A stretch of DNA of 64,000 nt from Octopus bimaculoides (lineage: Eukaryota). A program made the translations under genes and the position numbers. Shown here one piece after another: positions 58,371 to 64,000 of the stretch; the stretch's first letter is position 1, and every line of letters begins with the position of its first letter. The notes below the pieces were generated by a model, which worked only from the letters and a program-made list of their open reading frames with translations, was not told the DNA's origin and searched no databases. The stretch spans positions 2,379,116 to 2,443,115 of the forward strand of contig NC_068986.1 in assembly GCF_001194135.2 (NCBI RefSeq). The letters run 5' to 3'.

Positions 58371-60474
58371 AGTGATGGTGGAAGCGCTCAAGGAATCATA
58401 AATTGGTAACAGTAGGTAATTGATGGCTCAGAGTCACAAAGGAGAATGGTTATTACAACAGTTCTGAAAGGGGAAGACAGGCTGAATAAAATCACATGAT
58501 GTAGGTTTGTGTACTTCTCCCTGGCACTTCCAATCCTTTCGCAATAGAATGTACTGCCTGGCTAGTTAGCTATCTGATCAAAATAGTTTTTTCAGTGCCA
58601 CAAAAATGACAATAAGGGAGGATTCTTACATTGGTACACTATCTGCAATAAATATAACATTACAATTCATCAAAAGAACCATCCACAGAAGATGACCATG
58701 AAATTATATAAAGACAATAATGATTTCTAATACTGGCACAAGGTGAGACATTTTGCAAGGCATTTAGTCAATTCACATGAGCTTGAATACTTGACCAAAT
58801 CTATTCTATTAACCACATTGAGAACATAAAGGGATGTAACTAACTGTAATGGCATTTTTTTCACTATTCTAGTTATTCTGCCAACTACATTGCCCTTAGA
58901 AGGACAATATCAGTCTTTCAGACTTAAACCAAATGATATGCCTTCATAAGCAAATGATAAAGGAAGCTCGAAAAATAAAGATTACTTTGTTACTGGTTTC
59001 AGTCATTGGAGTGTGGTCATTCTAGAGCAAAGCCTTCAAGGATTTTTTTTAAATCATAACTGACTCCAGTATTTATTGCAGATGGGTACTTATTTAATTG
59101 ATTATTGTTTACTTTTACATGAAGAGAGATGCAACCTAATGCACCAGTATACATACACACACACATATGAAGGGCTTCTGCAGTTTCTATCTCTCAGATT
59201 CCACTCACAATGCATGGGTCAACCTGAGGATGCAGTAGAAGATACTTCCGAAAGGTATTGTGCAATGAGATTGAATCAGGGATTATATAGTTGTGAAAAT
59301 GAACTTCTTTACACTGTTAATTTGAATCTTGTGGAGGATTTCTCAGTTTCTGTGGCATTAAACAGAGATTAAAAAGCTTCTCCCATCTTGGTCAGATGTT
59401 AACCTATTGCAAGTGTGTTTCTCTAGAAACTTTTCTAGCAGGAACTGCTAGATTAATGATCATCAAAATATTTCACATCTATAAGCTAATATACTTTTAT
59501 ACTTTAGCTACTATTTATTTCATTCATATTTGATGGATAAAAGGTCATGCTGACCTATGCAAGATTTTAATAACAGAGTTATGCTTCAAACATTACCAGT
59601 AAGCAGTAATTGTGATTCTTTTACTAATGCACCAAAAAAACGAGTTTCTACATACATCTGTGTGTGTGTGTGTGTGCATATGTATGTGTAATTTTGTTTT
59701 GCAGATTTTTAACTAGCAAACTGTTTTAAAGACAATACTTTGTTTTTTTATATATATGGTTGGGTGTGTGTGTGTGTGTGTGTGTTATTGTTATTATATT
59801 TAAACCAGTTCGATTTGGCCCCATGTGGCTCAAAGTTTCATAGGGTTGGTTATTACAGAAACTTTAAATTGCTTGGGGCTAAATCAAACTGTTTGAAATA
59901 ATAATATATGCTATTCCTACTTACATGTGTTGAGTGCCTCTTTCATTCATTTGTCCACTCACCCATATATATATATTCTTCACACAAACACACAAATTTA
60001 AAGACACTCATGGTTGTAATAATAATGTCATAAGCCTATGAGGTGCCACTAAAGACTTATCTTCTTAGAATGGGTCCAGAAGAAATCAACTTCATAGAGC
60101 CTACATTCTTTGGGGGTTTTTTTTTTTTTCTTCCTTAAAGTGATCTGGATTTAAATTTTCCATTAAAATTTCATATTAATCTGTTTCAAACACCAGACTT
60201 TAATAATGGCAGTGATTTTTAGCAAATGGTTCGTTATTTTCAAAATTAATGGAAACAAAGGCAGTGTATTTTAACAGAAATATGGTAACAAAAGGGTTAA
60301 CCTCAGCACTGCAATATGAAAAAAAATGCTCATCTAAAATGTTTGAACTACTTACAACCATGAACTGGGCCTCTCTATTAGCGACCAGGCAGACTGGGCT
60401 GTTGAGAATTAAATGATTTTGTAAAGAACAGAACAAGAACACTATGGAAGTTTGAAAACACGTACGAAAATGCG

Positions 60475-60526
<52 letters not shown>

Positions 60527-62175
60527 TGCTACCTGTATATGTATATGCACACGTATTTAATACATTGCACACACACACATATACATATATATATGTGTGT
60601 ATATATATATATATGTGTGTGTATATATATATATATATTCATGCAAAAATATATATGCACATATACACTTGTACATTTTTGCGTTTGTACAAATTTGTAA
60701 ATATTAATGTCTATGGGTGTGTGTGTGTGTGTGTGTTGTTTTTGTCCAACGTATTCGTGACAGTCTGCTGGAAAGAATGGTGATGATAGGGGATAGTGAT
60801 GAACAGGAGAGAAGACTAGTGTGGGACTTCCCCATCAGCCGACACTGCGGGAATAAGAGGAATGGTTATGATGGTGGTTGATGGAGGTGATGAAGCCATA
60901 TGTATACAAAGAAAAAAAATTATCAAGTCTGATACTTCGTAGAAACAACCCGTCTGAAAAAAGCTAATCTTATACTGTGACTATACATGTACACACATTA
61001 GCATCCATCATGTTTGGAAAATGATATCCAAAACGAGAACAAGGATTAGTCTGTCTGTCTGTCTTTCTCTTTCTCTCTCTAATTACATAATTAAACAGGA
61101 TAAACAAACACAAATGTAAGACGAGAGGAACAAAAATACATTTTTGCTTCTAAATACCATTTGAACCACTTCATGACATATATATATGTTCGTATACGTG
61201 CATATGTTTGTAAGCATACGAGTATATAGTATGTGGGTTTGTGTGTGTGTGTGTGTGTGTGTGTGAGCTCTAGAGAGAGAGAGAGAATCTTATTTACCTC
61301 GAATATCCAACGAAGTCCTCCAAAGTTTATATACTCATTAAAAGCGAAATAGTTTTGCTTTGCGGATTTGCAGACTTTCAGCGATCAAGCTGTTTTTGAA
61401 GACAAGACTCTTGTGCAAATATTGCATTTATTTATTCTTAAATCGTAGCGAGTAAAGTGCTTAATTACTAATGTCGTCCACGAAATAAAGTGACATAGAA
61501 ACTGAAATGTACAAAAGTGTGGTGGGGGAAGGAGTGACAAAGAACAAGTTTTCATCTGTCAAATTAAAGAGTTGCGACGCAAACAGCAACGTAAATATAC
61601 AAATAATTAAAGTTCAAGTTAGCACCAAAATTACATGAAATAAATAAAAATGAATAAGTCAATTCCGATTTTGATACAGATTGGTGTTAAAAAAAATTAA
61701 CAAAACAACAAAAAATAAGCAAACAAATGAAAACTTAATTGCTTCTTTTCGTCATTGTTCTCCTTGTTATTGTTGTTGAAAGTTAATTAGTTTGATTTAT
61801 GGAAATTTATTTTGCCGACTGCTTCTTGTCACTTTTTACCAACAGCAACCATTCCCTTTCCAGTCTTTTGTATTTTTTGTTTTCTTGAAATAACGATTAT
61901 ACGGTTATGAGGCAAGGGAGACATTTTATTCTGTTACACACACACACACACACACACTCTCTCTCTCTCTATCTCTCTTAAATCAAGAGTAATATATTTA
62001 ATGAGGTAAAGGTGGTGGGCAAAAATGGAACAGAAAGCCTAAAAGGAGACACGAAAGAGATGAGGGCTAGAAAGAAAGAAACCCAAGCAAATAGTTTATT
62101 ACTAATCTTAAATAGTCTTTATTACTAGTACAGTTGCTATTTACATCTTACATTTGCTTAGGTGTCACTAGCACG

Positions 62176-62187
62176 ATATATATATAT

Positions 62188-62262
<75 letters not shown>

Positions 62263-62263
62263 C

Positions 62264-62302
<39 letters not shown>

Positions 62303-62412
62303 CATACATATATGTATATATACATACATATATATATATACACACATACATACATATATATACATACATACATATATATACATACATACATATATATATA
62401 CATACATATATA

Positions 62413-62453
<41 letters not shown>

Positions 62454-62469
62454 ACATACATATATATAT

Positions 62470-62510
<41 letters not shown>
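62176..62510 (+). repeat. (TA)n/(TACA)n compound microsatellite
   Basis: Direct reading; explains the YI/MY ORFs. Confidence 0.98.
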
Positions 62511-62511
<1 letters not shown>

Positions 62512-63079
62512 ATATAAAATTATCGAGCACGGTTTCTTTCGTTCCTAATATATATATATATATATATATATATTCAGGAGTTGGTAAACGTTAAACTAAT
62601 ATGTTCTACCGCTCGTGTATCGTCGTCAATGTTAAATAAGTACAGCAGTAGTGCTGGGGCATTTCGTATTGACTTACATTAAAACAGTGTATACTATCTA
62701 CCAAGACATATGATTAAATATATTCACCGACATTTAGCAGGTGTGTAATTAAATAGAGCTTTTTTTCAGTTTCTTACCTGACAATCTGCAACATTGCCAC
62801 GCTTGACAATGTCACACGACAGCTAACATCACTTGAAAGTGTTTGATGCAGAGGTAAAAAGTTAAATATCTGCCGTTGTTCTTATTTTATTACACGAGAG
62901 AGAAAGCCGCCTTCTCCTCTCCCTTTACTGGATCAATGTCAGAATGAGCCGTGATAGCCGGACTAGCAACACAACTGTTACTACCACCACTAACACCACT
63001 ACTCTCACTACCACCCTGGCTGTTGGTGTTCCTACTCTAGCAGTTCTACTACCACCAACTTCTACTGCAGACTCATTGT

Positions 63080-63310
63080 TGTGCTTCTACTGTCAGTCTA
63101 CTGCTTTAATGTTACTACTGTCAGCCTTACTGCTCTCGTGCTTCTACCATCTGCCTACTGCTCGAGTGCATCTACTGTAACTCTACTGCTCGAGTGCATC
63201 TACTATAACTCTACTGCTCTTGTGCTTCTACTGCAACCCTACTGCTCTAGTATTATTACTGCCACCTTACTGCTCCAGTGCTTCTATTGTCAGTCTTACT
63301 GCTGGAGTGC
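63080..63310 (+). repeat. Degenerate ~28-bp minisatellite, about 8 units
   Basis: Units such as AGTGCATCTACTGTAACTCTACTGCTCG and TGTGCTTCTACTGCAACCTTACTGCTCT. Confidence 0.85.
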
Positions 63311-64000
63311 TTCTCGTTCTTTACAAAAAAAAACACTTCTGTATAATCTCCAATCAGCTTTAACTTTTTTAATGCACTGCTGAACGGCAAAATTTGTAGA
63401 TACACCACCCCAGCAGTAGCGGTAGAAACAAAGTTTTAGTGGGAATCATCACAATAAAAGAAGATCCAGAGTGTAATCAGTTGTTTAACCCGAGATATGT
63501 CCCTAATTAAGCAAGCCGAATACAAAAGGGCTTCAGTTATTTATTCAGACACAGTCCAAACCGGAATATACTTTCTCGTGTGCCCTTTTCGTAAGTCAAG
63601 AGAATGCGATAGGAAGGAAATTTGGCTGCTATTTCTTTAGCCGGTCGATCGACCACATAGAAACTCCAGCTCGTGTACATGACCTTCTATCACGGCTTGA
63701 TAATAATATATTTAAAAAAAAAAAAAACAGTACAGTACCATCACTGAATGCAGAATGTTGTTTTCCTTGATATATTATATATTGGTAAATTCACTGTGAC
63801 ATATATACAACTATATTTACCACTAGATATACTGGTAGCTAAGAACTCGAGCAACTATAACATGTTAATGATCAAATATTCAATGACTAGATACTTAAGT
63901 GTTGTTTAGTGTCCACCAGGATGAATTAATATCATATAATATAGATTACAGTTTCTGGCAATGTCTCTAATTAGCGCTGTCTTGGACAATAGATTTAAAC

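Overview
Eukaryotic, AT-rich, microsatellite- and TE-dense genomic DNA with several N gaps. The repeat landscape looks like an octopus (cephalopod) assembly; that is an inference and the species is not proven. One complete protein-coding gene can be reconstructed by hand on the minus strand: KLHDC3 (kelch beta-propeller plus BC-box, CRL2 substrate receptor). It has 10 coding exons from 38568 to 21807, all GT-AG and phase-consistent, totalling 1164 nt (387 aa + stop). It also has candidate 5'UTR exons and a probable ~3.3 kb 3'UTR. The rest is decayed mobile DNA: RTE, R4/Dong-type, Tx1/L1, Jockey-like and Penelope retroelements, a Gypsy remnant, mariner/hAT/Helitron pieces, MITEs and several tRNA-derived SINE families. 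Most notable observations: (i) a second CpG-depleted domain at ~40.7-60.3 kb with strong orphan minus-strand splice sites, suggesting an unannotated upstream gene; (ii) a conserved C-terminal Gly degron mimic in KLHDC3; (iii) many dsRNA-forming inverted repeats in the KLHDC3 pre-mRNA; (iv) a Tx1-like LINE sitting in a (TTA)n tract. I did not find an unambiguous novel multi-gene system. All family calls come from motif recognition, not database searches, and repeat boundaries are approximate.
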